Assembly (NCBI GenBank): GCA_050248855.1
Contig: JBFWRP010000005.1
Coordinates: forward strand, 139,379 to 203,378
From: Planctomycetota bacterium
Lineage (GTDB): Bacteria > Planctomycetota > PLA2 > JAEUHO01
Direction: 5' to 3'
DNA: 64,000 nucleotides
The position numbers and the translations under genes are program-made. The notes under the pieces are model-generated. The model saw only the letters and a program-made list of their open reading frames with translations. It was not told the DNA's origin and did not search any database. Positions 1 to 11,138 of the stretch are shown piece after piece (the stretch's first letter is position 1; each line of letters opens with the position of its first letter).

Positions 1-855
1 CTGCGGATGCCAGGCGGGCGCGGGCGCCGCGCGCTCGATCGAAAGCATGGCGGTCGCAGCGACCGCCTCGCCGCGCACGACCTCGACGGCGACCGTGTGA
101 AGGCGCGGCTCCGTCAGCGAGACCGTGACGTCGATGTTCCCGTCGCCGACCAGGCGATCGCAGAAGACGCGGTCGCCGACGCGCACGCGCAGGCGATCCG
201 CCGGGTGGGTGTCGTGGAGCGAGCCCTTCACGACCACGGCGTCTGCACGTACCCAGGCCGTAGGCCCGGGCGCCGTGATCTCGAGGCGTGGCGTGCCCTG
301 CGGCGTAGCGGGTCCGTCGGGCCCGCCGGCCCAGGGCGCCCAGGCCATGAGGCCGCCTGCGACAGCTGCGAGGGCAACGAGACCCACGACCAGCCAGGGC
401 GTGCGTGCGGCGCGCGGCGGGGCCGGGGCAGGCGTGGCCGACGAGCGCTGGGGAGGCAACGGCGACCGGCCACCGAGCGCAGCCTGCAGCTCGGGGAGCA
501 CCTCGACGGGCTCGCGTCCCTGGGCCTCCACCCACTGGTGCTGGTTCGTGTAGAACTCGAGCTCCGGGGGCAAGGTCGCCCCGTCCAGGCGCACCGGAAC
601 GATCTTGCGCCCCTCCTCGAACGCGCGCTTCACTTCGGCCAGCACGTAGCGCGACGCCGCCGAACGCTCGCTGACCACGACGACCACGGCGTGTGCTTCG
701 CCCAGCGCCCGCACGATGGCCTCGACGAAGCGCTCGCCCGCCGGGATGTCGCGCGGCGCGATCCAGCAGGGGATGCCGCCGGACTCGAGTGCGTCGCAGA
801 GCCCCTGCGTCCACACGCCGTCGGTCTTGGCGTGACTGAGGAAGACGTGCGACAC
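1..855 (-). CDS. TIR-domain membrane protein (3' end truncated by window edge)
   Basis: Not in the ORF track. Manual translation from GTG 855 gives MSHVFLSHAKTD...GIPCWIAPRDIPAGERFVEAIVRALGEAHAVVVVVSERSAASRYVLAEVKRAFEEGRKIVPVRLD, a TIR_2-like pattern. A TM helix (WLVVGLVALAAVAGGLMAW) follows and the frame appears open to base 1. Confidence 0.85.
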   Translation of the reverse strand, partial: MSHVFLSHAKTDGVWTQGLCDALESGGIPCWIAPRDIPAGERFVEAIVRALGEAHAVVVVVSERSAASRYVLAEVKRAFEEGRKIVPVRLDGATLPPELEFYTNQHQWVEAQGREPVEVLPELQAALGGRSPLPPQRSSATPAPAPPRAARTPWLVVGLVALAAVAGGLMAWAPWAGGPDGPATPQGTPRLEITAPGPTAWVRADAVVVKGSLHDTHPADRLRVRVGDRVFCDRLVGDGNIDVTVSLTEPRLHTVAVEVVRGEAVAATAMLSIERAAPAPAWHPQ

Positions 856-1123
856 GTGCGGGCGCCCTATCGGACCGGCGCGGCGGGCCGCGTCGGGGGC
901 GCCCGGTCCTCGCCAGGCCGAAGGCCCGGTGTCCCGGCCCCGACGGCCCGCGCCGGGCCGCGCAAGAGGGCGAGGAGCAAGCCACGCGACATGGGAGCCT
1001 CCAGGCGGTGCTCGCCCACGCAGCCACGCCGGCCGAGCGGACAGGTCCACCCTCGGAGTTTGGGCGGGCGAGCGGGTGTCCGCAAGCGGCCCACGGACGG
1101 CCCGCCCTGTACCCTCGCGGCCC

Positions 1124-1559
1124 ATGACGACGAACCCCCTGCCGGCCCTCGGCCCCGTGGACCACATCGGCGTGGCCGTCGCCGACCTCGAGGCGGGCAA
1201 GCACCTCTACGGCGAGGTCTTCGGGCTCAAGCTGGTCTTCGAGGAAGAGGTCCCGACGGAACGCGTGCGCGTCGCCGGTTTCGACGGCGGCGGGCTCCTG
1301 ATCGAGCTGCTCGCCTCCACGGATCCCGACGGGCCCATCGGTCGGTTCCTCGCCAAGCGCGGTCCGGGCATCCACCACGTCTGCTACCGGGTCCAGGACG
1401 TGGACGCAACGCTCGCGCACCTGAAGGCGCAGGGGATCCCGACGCTTGACGAGACCTCACGACCGGGTGCGGGCGGGTGCCGCGTCGCGTTCATCCACCC
1501 GAAGGGCGCGGGCGGCGTCCTCGTGGAGCTGAGCCAGCCGCCGGCCGGAGGGAGCCGCC

Positions 1560-1570
<11 letters not shown>
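1124..1570 (+). CDS. mce: Methylmalonyl-CoA epimerase (VOC family)
   Basis: [38 protein letters not shown] motifs; next to carboxylase genes. Confidence 0.9.
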
Positions 1571-3109
<1,539 letters not shown>

Positions 3110-3113
<4 letters not shown>

Positions 3114-4642
3114 GTGGCGCCAAGGTTCCCGCCATCCGCCCGATCAGGAAGCTGCTCGTCGCCAACCGCGGCGAGATCGCCGTGCGCGTGATCCGCGCGG
3201 CCCACGAGCGCGGCATCCGCACGGTCGCGGTCTACTCGGACGCCGATCGCACGGCGCTGCACGTGCGCGGCGCCTACGAGGCCTACCGCCTCGGCCCTGC
3301 GGCGCCCGGCGAGTCGTACTTGCGCGTCGACAGGATCCTGGAAGCCTGCGAGGCCACGGGCGCCGACGCCCTGCACCCGGGCTACGGCTTCCTCGCCGAG
3401 AACGCCAAGCTTGCCGAAGCGCTGGCCGCGAAGGGCATCACGTTCGTGGGCCCCTCGCCCCACGCCATGCGCGCCATGGGCGACAAGGTGAGTGCCCGCA
3501 AGACGGTGGCTGACTCGGGCGTGCCGCTCGTGCCCGGCGCCGAGCTGCCCGAGCCCGGCAACGAGGCGGCGGTCAAGAAGGCGGCCGAAGCCGTCGGGTT
3601 CCCGCTGCTCGTCAAGGCCTCGGCCGGTGGCGGCGGCAAGGGCATGCGCCTCGTGCGCGAGCTCGGCGGCGTCGTCGAGGCCGTCAAGCGCGCGGCGAGC
3701 GAGGCCAAGACCGCGTTCGGCGACGAGACCGTGTACTTGGAGCGCTTCGTCGAGGGCCCGCGCCACGTCGAGATCCAGGTCATCGCCGACGCGCATGGCC
3801 ACACGGTGGCCCTGGGCGAGCGCGAGTGCAGCGTGCAGCGCCGCCACCAGAAGGTGATCGAGGAGACGCCGTCGCCCGTCGTCACGCCGCAGCTCCGCGC
3901 GCAGATGGAGGCCGCCGCCGTGGCCGCCGCCGAAAGCTGCGGCTACCTCGGCGCAGGCACCGTCGAGTTCCTCGTCGGCGCCGACGGCGGCTTCTACTTC
4001 CTCGAGATGAACACGCGCATCCAGGTCGAGCACCCGATCACCGAGGAGCGCTACGGCGTGGACCTCGTGGCCGAGCAGCTGCGCATCGCCGAAGGGCATC
4101 CGCTGTCGTTCGGCACGAAGGCCCCGACGCCCCGCGGCCACGCCATCGAGGCGCGCATCTGCGCCGAGGACGCCGACGCGGGCTTCCTCCCCAGCACGGG
4201 ACGCCTCGGCCCGATCCAGCTGCCCGGCGGACCGGGCGTGCGCTGCGACGGCGCCGTGTACACGGGCCAGGACGTCACGCTGCACTACGACAACCTGCTG
4301 CTGAAGCTCATCGTGCATGCGCAGGATCGGCCGTCTGCCATCGCCCGCTTGCGCCGTGCACTCTACGAGACGCGGCTTCCGGGCATCACGACCAACATCC
4401 CGCTCCTGCTGCGCACGCTCGACCACCCCCGCTTCGTCAGCGGTGACTACGACACGAGCCTTCTGGACGACGCCGCGCCCGCGGCGCCGGATGCCGACGA
4501 CGTGCTGCCCGCCATTGCCGCGGCGGTCGCGCGCCACCGCCGCGTGGCCAAGCGCTCGTTCGGCCCCGAAGCGCCGGCTTCGAGCGGCCCCTCGCCGTGG
4601 GTCGCCGCGGGTCGTCGGCGCACGCTCGGAGGGGGACTCTGA
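3110..4642 (+). CDS. Biotin carboxylase subunit
   Basis: [57 protein letters not shown] overlap with pccB. Confidence 0.92.
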
Positions 4643-5163
4643 TGCGCTACTACGTGACCTGGGCCGGTCGCGAGCGCGCCGTCGAGCTTCGGCCCGCGGG
4701 CGACGGCCTCGTAGCCATCGTCGACGGCGTGGAGCACCCGGTCGACGTGGCTTCCACCGAGGCCGGCGACCTGCTCAACCTGATCGTGGGCGGTGCCAGC
4801 TACACGTACGGCTGTCGCTTCGAGGACGGGCACGCCGTGCTCTCGTTCCACGACCGCGAAGTGCGCGTCCAGATCGAGGACGACCGCGAGCGCCAGACGC
4901 GCCTCCTGACCGGCGGCGGACGCGGCGGCGCCACGGGGGCCAAGGTCAGGAGCTCCATGCCCGGCGTGGTCAAGGAGCTGCGCGTGGCCGTCGGCGACAC
5001 GGTCGCGGCGGGCGCGCCCTTGCTCATCCTCGAAGCCATGAAGATGGAGAACGAGATCCGCGCACCCGTCCCCGGACGGGTCGCGGCGGTCCACGTCACC
5101 GCCGGAGCCGCTGTCGAGAAGGGCGTTGCCCTGGTCGACATCGAGGCGCCGGAAGATGCCTGA
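4642..5163 (+). CDS. Biotin carboxyl carrier protein
   Basis: EAMKMENEI biotinylation motif; TGATG coupling with the upstream gene. Confidence 0.92.
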   Translation: MRYYVTWAGRERAVELRPAGDGLVAIVDGVEHPVDVASTEAGDLLNLIVGGASYTYGCRFEDGHAVLSFHDREVRVQIEDDRERQTRLLTGGGRGGATGAKVRSSMPGVVKELRVAVGDTVAAGAPLLILEAMKMENEIRAPVPGRVAAVHVTAGAAVEKGVALVDIEAPEDA

Positions 5164-5227
5164 GCGCCGGATCCGGGCCTCCAACAGGAGGGCCCGCGCC
5201 CCGTAGGAACCCGCGGGAGGCTCGTCG

Positions 5228-6058
5228 ATGCAACACCTCGCTCTCGTGATCGCCGTGGCGGCGCTGGCCGTCGCCGGCTGGACCTACCTGGAACGCCCGT
5301 CCGCCCCCGCGGCCGAAGTCGATGCGGCCGGTACGGGGGCCCTGGAGTCCCGGCTCGAGGCCTTGGCCGACGAGATCCGTGCGCTGCGTGAGCAGCGTGG
5401 CCCCCTGGCGGGGCGCCCTGTTCCCACGGCTGCTCGCGGGCCGGGCCTCACGGCCCCGGAGCCGGCGCCGGCCGGCACGCGCGCCGAGGTGGTCCAGGGC
5501 ACGATCGAAGAGCGTTTGGCCGAGCTCGAGTCCTGGCGCGAAGACCGCGAGGAGGCCGACCGCGACGCAGCCGCGGTGCCGCACTTCCGCAGCATGCAGC
5601 GCAAGATGATCACCGACGCGGACTCGGCCCAGAAGGCCTTGGACCTGTCCGCCAGTCAGCGAGCGGACCTCGAGCGCATCATCGACGACACACGCCTCGA
5701 GATCGACCGCCTGATGGATACGCCCGACGAGGACGGCGTCACGCTGCGCAGCCTGCAGAAGGACACCGGCGTCTCGATCTCCGGGGGCGGCAGCATCGAC
5801 ATGTCCAAGATCCTGGCCAACGCCGGCAAGGTGCAAGCCTTCAAGAACCGCACCATCCCGGGCCGCAACGAGACCTACGCCCAGGCCGAGAACCGCATCC
5901 GCGACGACGCCAAGCGCCGCATCCGCGACTCGCTCACCGAGGAGCAGCGTGGCAAGTACGACAACAGCTTCAGCGAGCCGCTGATCCCGCGCGCGGGAAC
6001 GGGTGGGGCCATCAGCGTCGCGTTCGCGACGGACGTCGTGACGACCGACGAGAGCTGA
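5228..6058 (+). CDS. Hypothetical membrane-anchored helical protein
   Basis: GGAGG RBS, N-terminal hydrophobic anchor, coiled-coil; resembles 29155-29925. Confidence 0.75.
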   Translation: MQHLALVIAVAALAVAGWTYLERPSAPAAEVDAAGTGALESRLEALADEIRALREQRGPLAGRPVPTAARGPGLTAPEPAPAGTRAEVVQGTIEERLAELESWREDREEADRDAAAVPHFRSMQRKMITDADSAQKALDLSASQRADLERIIDDTRLEIDRLMDTPDEDGVTLRSLQKDTGVSISGGGSIDMSKILANAGKVQAFKNRTIPGRNETYAQAENRIRDDAKRRIRDSLTEEQRGKYDNSFSEPLIPRAGTGGAISVAFATDVVTTDES

Positions 6059-6593
6059 TCGGCGTGCCGTCGTGCGCGGCCTTCACGACGCGATGACGGC
6101 GCGGGTCGCGCAGATCCTCGAGGTACCGCCGTTCGGGGCCGAGCCCCCCGGGCGGCGCCACCACCTCCACGACGTGCCAGCGCCGCTCGCGCGCGAGCGA
6201 TGCTCCCTCCCAGGCGCCCGTCACGAGGCCGGCGCAGCGCTCGAGGTCGCTGGCCAGCTCACACGACCACAGCCGCACCACGTGCCAGCCCCCCTCTTCC
6301 AGCGCGAGCGTCTGCCGCCGGTCCCGCTCGACGTTGCCCCGGAGCTTGGCGCGCCAGAACGCCTCCCGCGTCCGCGGCGCCACGTAGTGCCGCGGGCAGC
6401 CGTGCCAGAAGCAACCATCCACGAACACGGCCACCCGACGCCCACCATGCACGATGTCCGCACGCCCCGCGGGCGTCTTGGCATCCACGCGGTAGCGCAG
6501 CCCCCGCGCCCACAGCTCGCGCCGCAGCGCGCGCTCGGGGGCGGTATCCCGCCGCCCCACCCGCGCCATCTGCTCCGATCGGCTCATCGCCAT
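6012..6593 (-). CDS. vsr: Very short patch repair endonuclease
   Basis: RSEQMARV..RDTAPE, GLRYR, VFVDGCFWHGCP, FWRAKL..NVERDRR, GWHVVRLWSC. Confidence 0.9.
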   Translation of the reverse strand: MAMSRSEQMARVGRRDTAPERALRRELWARGLRYRVDAKTPAGRADIVHGGRRVAVFVDGCFWHGCPRHYVAPRTREAFWRAKLRGNVERDRRQTLALEEGGWHVVRLWSCELASDLERCAGLVTGAWEGASLARERRWHVVEVVAPPGGLGPERRYLEDLRDPRRHRVVKAAHDGTPISSRRSSRRPSRTRR

Positions 6594-6839
6594 GCGCGCA
6601 GCGTACCGCTGCGCGTAAGCGTTCAGTCTCTGGCGTGCGAACGTGCGGCTCGCCAGATGCTCGGTCCCGCACCAGCATCGGCTCCTCGAGTGAACAGACC
6701 ACGAGTCGTCGCCGATGCTGGCGCGCTACCGTCGCCCTGGCGACCCGATGCGTAGAGGTCGCGCCTCGCTCCGAGCGGCGCCTACGCAGGCCTGACGGCT
6801 GGTTCTCGGGGTAGGTGAACGCTTACCGCTGCGCGCATG
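6591..6839. repeat. Intergenic segment bounded by inverted repeats, with internal hairpins
   Basis: 6591-6603 CATGCGCGCAGCG pairs with 6827-6839; 6615-6625 GTAAGCGTTCA pairs with 6816-6826; internal stems 6629-6635/6651-6657 and 6672-6682/6711-6721. Confidence 0.75.
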
Positions 6840-9290
6840 TCAGGGCCGGCGTAGGAGCTTGCGCCCGTGCGGCGTGACCTCGACGTAGCCCTGGGCCACG
6901 AGGCTGGGCTCGACGTGCTCGAGGACCGTCTTGGCGGGCATGCCCGCCGCCGCGGCGGCACGGCCCAGCGAGATCGCACCAGGCTGAGCTGCCAGGACAT
7001 CGAGGTAGCGCCGCTGGTCCGGGCCGTGACCCACCTCGCTGTAGCCAGCACGCGCGAGGGATCGATCCACGGCGGCCGCATCCAGCTGCGTGAGAACGGC
7101 GCGCTCGCCCCCCAGCTCCGCCAGGCGGGTCGCCAGGACGTGGCGCACGAGACGCTTGACCTCGCGCGGCGTACCGCGCCCGGCACGTGCCAAGCGCAAG
7201 GCCGCGACATCGTGCAGCGCAACACCCCGAGCGGCGGCGACGTCCATGGCGATCGCGGCCAAGTCCTGCACGCCGTACGCACCGAGCCGTTCCTGGATGA
7301 GGAAGCGACTCGCCATGGCCGCCGGCACGAGGGCCTCGTCGGTGGTTGCCGCCACCAGGGTGAACGGGGCGACCTCCATCGTGACCGCCGCGGTCGCCCC
7401 ATCCCGCCGGATCGTGAGCGGCAGCTCGCGGTCCGTCATGACTTGGTAGAGCCCCTCCAGCACGCTTCGGGGCACGGCATGGAGCTCGTCAAGGAAGAGC
7501 GCGTCGCCGGGCTCCAGCTGGGCGAGCAGCCCGGGGAGAGCGCTCGAGTCCGCGAGCAAGCCGCCCAGGGCCGTCACGAGCTTGCCGCCGGTGCGCCGAG
7601 CGATGCGACGGGCCAGCAGCGTCTTGCCCGTGCCCGCGGGCCCCATGAGCAGCGTGTGGGGGAACGGCTCCCGCTCGACCTCGGCCCACACGGCGTGCGC
7701 CTCGAGCTGCTCGCAGACCCGGGCGAGCCCATGCAACCCGCCGAACGCCCCCTCCCGGCGGCATGCCGCCGGCGGCAGCTCGTGGCGGCATGCCGCCGCC
7801 TGCTCGAGCGGCGGCATGTCGCCGCCAAGAACCCACTGCCCGCCGCGCTCCACGCGAAGCGCCGACGCGTGGCGCCGCCACCAGTCGCCGTCCACCCGCG
7901 GCGGTATGCCGCCGGCGTCAGCACCACCCCCAGCGTCAACCGGCGGCATGCCGCCGCCATCAACCGCCGGCGGTGGCTGGAGGTCGAGGACCCGCGCCTC
8001 GCCCGCGGCTGCCGCTTGCTGCCCCTCGGGCCGCGTCGAGCGGAAGGTGACGGTCGGGCCCTCGGTCCCGACGGCCTCGAGCAGACGTGCATGCACGAGC
8101 CCGTGGCAACGCAGGCAGAGGGCTACCAGGTTGGCGGGCACGGTCGGCCCCCCATCCTCGCGGAACACGATGTGATGCGCGTTCAGGTCCGTCCGCGTCC
8201 GACAGTTCCTACAGCGGTGGCCATCGCGGGCGAGCACCTGGCGTCGCATCCAGGGCGGCGTGGGGCCGTTGGGGAGCGGGGTGTCGCAACCCGGCGCGTC
8301 CTCGGACACCACCTGGGCTTCGCAACGAAGCGCCGCGACGAGCCCCGGGTCGTCGCCCAAGGGCACCAGCCCCTCGGAGGTCTCGACCGAGAGCCCACTG
8401 CCCGCGTCCGTGTGCACGTGAACGACGAAGCCGGAGCCATCGACGCGCTTGCGCCCCGGGACGGTGCCGTCGGCGTCGGTCGCGAGGACCAGGTCGATCA
8501 TGGCGGCGAGCGTGCCCTTGCCGTCCAGGGGGGCACCGATCTCGGCCGACAGCTTGGCGCGCGCCGCCTCCCAACGTGCCCACGTGAGCGGATCCATGTC
8601 GACAGCGAGGGGGAAGCGGATCTCGGGCAGCCCCTTCTGATCGCCGTCCTTGCGTGGCGGATGGCCCTTGCGCGTGGTCTTGGCCTTCATCCGGAGCGCG
8701 GCGTACGTGCTGGTCCGCGCCAGCTCCGGCCACTCCGCCTCGCACGTGGGGGTAGCGACCTTGACGAGGTGGAGCACCTGGGTCCATGTGAGCTCGCCCT
8801 TGCACAGCGCGGCATCGATATCGGGCAGGGTCTCGAGCGCGAGCGCCGCTGCCAGCAGCTCACGAACACGACGATCTTCCAGGTGCAGCTTCTCCAACGC
8901 GTAGTGGAACGTGCTGGCGCAGCCGAACGCCTGGTAGGCGCGCGATCGCTGCATCTCCAGCAGGTAGAACGCCAAGATGCGATTGCTGGCGGTGCGCATC
9001 CACAGCGCACGTCGCATGGAGTCGTGCATCTCCTGCGGCGACACACCGCGCCGCAGCTCGATGCGCGGGACGCTATCCGCCGCCACCGCATGCGGCGGGG
9101 ACCCCGCAGCCGGCGGCGGCGCGACCCGCTCCTCGTGCGCCGCCCGCTCGCACACGAGCGAGGCCCCCCACCCAGCGGCCCAGCCGCGGGCGGACACCCC
9201 CACCCCGCACCCTGGAAGGTCGCGGCCACGCATGCCGGGAGCCCGGAAAGAAGGGCTCAGAGGGCGGACTGAAAGCTGACGCGCGACCAT
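6840..9290 (-). CDS. HNH endonuclease fused to a RuvB-like AAA+ ATPase (DUF222-like N-terminus)
   Basis: GGAGG 7 nt before ATG. HNH motif RRQVLARDGHRCRNC..LNAHHIVFREDGGPTVPANLVALCLRCHGLVH. RuvB-like PHTLLMGPAGTGKT, GDALFLDELH, FTLVAATT, RGTPRE and C-terminal HVEPSLVAQGYVEVTPHGR. Confidence 0.85.
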   Translation of the reverse strand: MVARQLSVRPLSPSFRAPGMRGRDLPGCGVGVSARGWAAGWGASLVCERAAHEERVAPPPAAGSPPHAVAADSVPRIELRRGVSPQEMHDSMRRALWMRTASNRILAFYLLEMQRSRAYQAFGCASTFHYALEKLHLEDRRVRELLAAALALETLPDIDAALCKGELTWTQVLHLVKVATPTCEAEWPELARTSTYAALRMKAKTTRKGHPPRKDGDQKGLPEIRFPLAVDMDPLTWARWEAARAKLSAEIGAPLDGKGTLAAMIDLVLATDADGTVPGRKRVDGSGFVVHVHTDAGSGLSVETSEGLVPLGDDPGLVAALRCEAQVVSEDAPGCDTPLPNGPTPPWMRRQVLARDGHRCRNCRTRTDLNAHHIVFREDGGPTVPANLVALCLRCHGLVHARLLEAVGTEGPTVTFRSTRPEGQQAAAAGEARVLDLQPPPAVDGGGMPPVDAGGGADAGGIPPRVDGDWWRRHASALRVERGGQWVLGGDMPPLEQAAACRHELPPAACRREGAFGGLHGLARVCEQLEAHAVWAEVEREPFPHTLLMGPAGTGKTLLARRIARRTGGKLVTALGGLLADSSALPGLLAQLEPGDALFLDELHAVPRSVLEGLYQVMTDRELPLTIRRDGATAAVTMEVAPFTLVAATTDEALVPAAMASRFLIQERLGAYGVQDLAAIAMDVAAARGVALHDVAALRLARAGRGTPREVKRLVRHVLATRLAELGGERAVLTQLDAAAVDRSLARAGYSEVGHGPDQRRYLDVLAAQPGAISLGRAAAAAGMPAKTVLEHVEPSLVAQGYVEVTPHGRKLLRRP
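7755..7956. repeat. Five copies of the palindrome core GGCGGCATGCCGCC inside the CDS linker
   Basis: Copies at 7755-7772 (18-bp perfect), 7784-7797, 7808-7825 (1 mismatch), 7899-7914 (1 mismatch), 7941-7956. Confidence 0.85.
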
Positions 9291-9438
9291 GGCCTGCCTC
9301 CGCAGATGACACGAACGAATACCTTACATACTACGCAAGGGGGGGACAGTCGGTCACGCGCTGACCTGACGCCGGCGTGACGCGGTCACGATTGCGGCGT
9401 GACGTGCCCCGGCGAGGTTGGCGCGTGGAGGAATGCAC

Positions 9439-11106
9439 ATGCGGCGCGCCGTGGCTCTGGTGATCGCGACAGGACTGTCGCTCGCGCTGTCATCCGTCCC
9501 CTTGCACGCGGACGAAGAGGTCGTGCTTTCCGGCACGGTGCGCAACGGCAGCGCGCCCGTCAGGACGCGAGTGCGCGTGTACCGCCTGCGATCGGCGCTC
9601 GAGGGTCTGTGGCCGGCCAGCCCAGACTCAACCACGCCAGCCGAGTTCCCCGAGCTCTGGTTCTCTGGTGTGTTCGAGCTGTTCTATCCGGCGGACCGGA
9701 CCCGCAACGAGGTCGCCGTCACCGAATCGGACGGCAGCGGCGCGTTCGAGGTCAGGGGCGTCGCTCCTGGACACTTCGAGTGCGAGGCCCAGACACCCGA
9801 TGGTGGAGTTGCGATCTCGGAGGCGATTCAGCAAGAAGCGGGTGTCCACACGGTCGAGTTGGATCTGGCGACAGACGTTTGGCCGGTCGTCCGCGGCCAG
9901 GTGCTCGAGCACGATGGACGGCCGTTCAAGGGCCAGGTGCTCGCGTGGCATTCCGGCTTGCCGCCCGTGACGAAGGGCGTCTCCGTGCCCACCGACGCCG
10001 CAGGGCGCTTCGAGATCCGCGTGCCCAAGCGCACGCCCCTCGGCGTCGCGGGCCTGGCCGCGATCGAGCAAGGACACCGCGTCATTCGCTGGAAGCTGAC
10101 ACCTGACCGAACGGCCGGTGTGACCTACGTCGGCGGAGGCCACGGTCGACTTCCCGTGGTCGTTCGCGCGGCAGGCACGGGCGCGCCCATCCCGGGAGCT
10201 CGAGTTCTTCGCGCCACGCGCCTGACCCTCCCCGGCGAGCGCGAGCGAGAGGTGTTCGAGCTGGCCACGACCGATGCAGATGGGCACGCCTGGATGGGTC
10301 GACCTCCTCCGACGGGAACGACGAGCTATGCCGTCATTCAGGCACCTGGCTTCCAGCGCACCATAGATGCCGTGGAAGCCACCGAGGATCGCGTCGAGTT
10401 CACACTCGCATCGAGCGTGCGTGTCACAGGACGGCTTGACGGGCATGTGCCCCATGACGCGTCAGATTGGCTCGCAACGCTCTGGTTCTGGCCATCGACT
10501 TGGTACATCCCCATCTGGCGCACGGCACCTGTGCGGCAGGACGGCACCTTCGATCTGGGTGACGTACCGGGAGCCCCGAATCACGCAATCGTTGGCGTGC
10601 GCGGTCCGGGCTTCGTGGGCGTTCAATGCCTGGATGCTCGTCTGGATGCGCTGGTGCGACTACCCGCGTGGCTGGTCTCACCGATTTGGCAAGCTCCCCT
10701 GGAGGCATCGGAATGGCCGAGGTGCCCCGAGTATGAGCGCGAGGCGCATCGGGAACTCGTGGTCCCGATCGAGCCGACGACGAGGCTGCGAGTAGCCGTT
10801 CGCGACGCAAGCGGAACTCCGCTCGTAGGTGCTCGCCTCCGGCTCGAATGCAGGGCGAGGCGCGACGAGCGTCCCCTGGCCGCGACTGCATCTTGGTTCT
10901 CGAAGCGTGGGCCCGGCGACAGCCAGGATCGTCTAGTGCCTGCAAGAACCGGAGGGATCGCCGAGTTCGGCGAGCTCATCGTTGGCGAGTTCGTGACGGT
11001 TTCCGTCGAGTGGGACGACCACCAACTCGTAGAGCTGGGAGAAGTCAGAATCCGATCCGGTGGAGTTCACACGGTCCAGTTCACGCTCCCCTACTCCAAG
11101 GACTGA
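9439..11106 (+). CDS. Secreted protein with carboxypeptidase-regulatory-like beta-sandwich repeats
   Basis: GGAGG RBS, signal peptide ending PLHA, repeated GxV...TDxxGxF motifs. Confidence 0.7.
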   Translation: MRRAVALVIATGLSLALSSVPLHADEEVVLSGTVRNGSAPVRTRVRVYRLRSALEGLWPASPDSTTPAEFPELWFSGVFELFYPADRTRNEVAVTESDGSGAFEVRGVAPGHFECEAQTPDGGVAISEAIQQEAGVHTVELDLATDVWPVVRGQVLEHDGRPFKGQVLAWHSGLPPVTKGVSVPTDAAGRFEIRVPKRTPLGVAGLAAIEQGHRVIRWKLTPDRTAGVTYVGGGHGRLPVVVRAAGTGAPIPGARVLRATRLTLPGEREREVFELATTDADGHAWMGRPPPTGTTSYAVIQAPGFQRTIDAVEATEDRVEFTLASSVRVTGRLDGHVPHDASDWLATLWFWPSTWYIPIWRTAPVRQDGTFDLGDVPGAPNHAIVGVRGPGFVGVQCLDARLDALVRLPAWLVSPIWQAPLEASEWPRCPEYEREAHRELVVPIEPTTRLRVAVRDASGTPLVGARLRLECRARRDERPLAATASWFSKRGPGDSQDRLVPARTGGIAEFGELIVGEFVTVSVEWDDHQLVELGEVRIRSGGVHTVQFTLPYSKD

Positions 11107-11138
11107 TCGCACGTTCCCAGACGCCCAGCTCGACAGCG

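Noticed and set aside
7..1449. 480-aa plus-strand ORF and other long shadow ORFs (1491..3095, 2783..4537, 6867..9272, 52367..54688, 61153..62718)
   Set aside because: Antisense or off-frame shadows of recognisable genes, expected at this GC content; Arg/Ala/Pro-rich with no motifs.
6840..7750. Housekeeping ruvB
   Set aside because: Fused to HNH, divergent motifs and no ruvA/ruvC, so no gene symbol was assigned.
7755..7956. CRISPR array
   Set aside because: Repeats are short, irregularly spaced and inside a CDS; no cas genes.
9310..9405. AT-rich patch and CGTGAC-GCG-GTCACG palindrome between divergent genes
   Set aside because: Probably promoter sequence, but I could not assign a factor or clear -35/-10 spacing.
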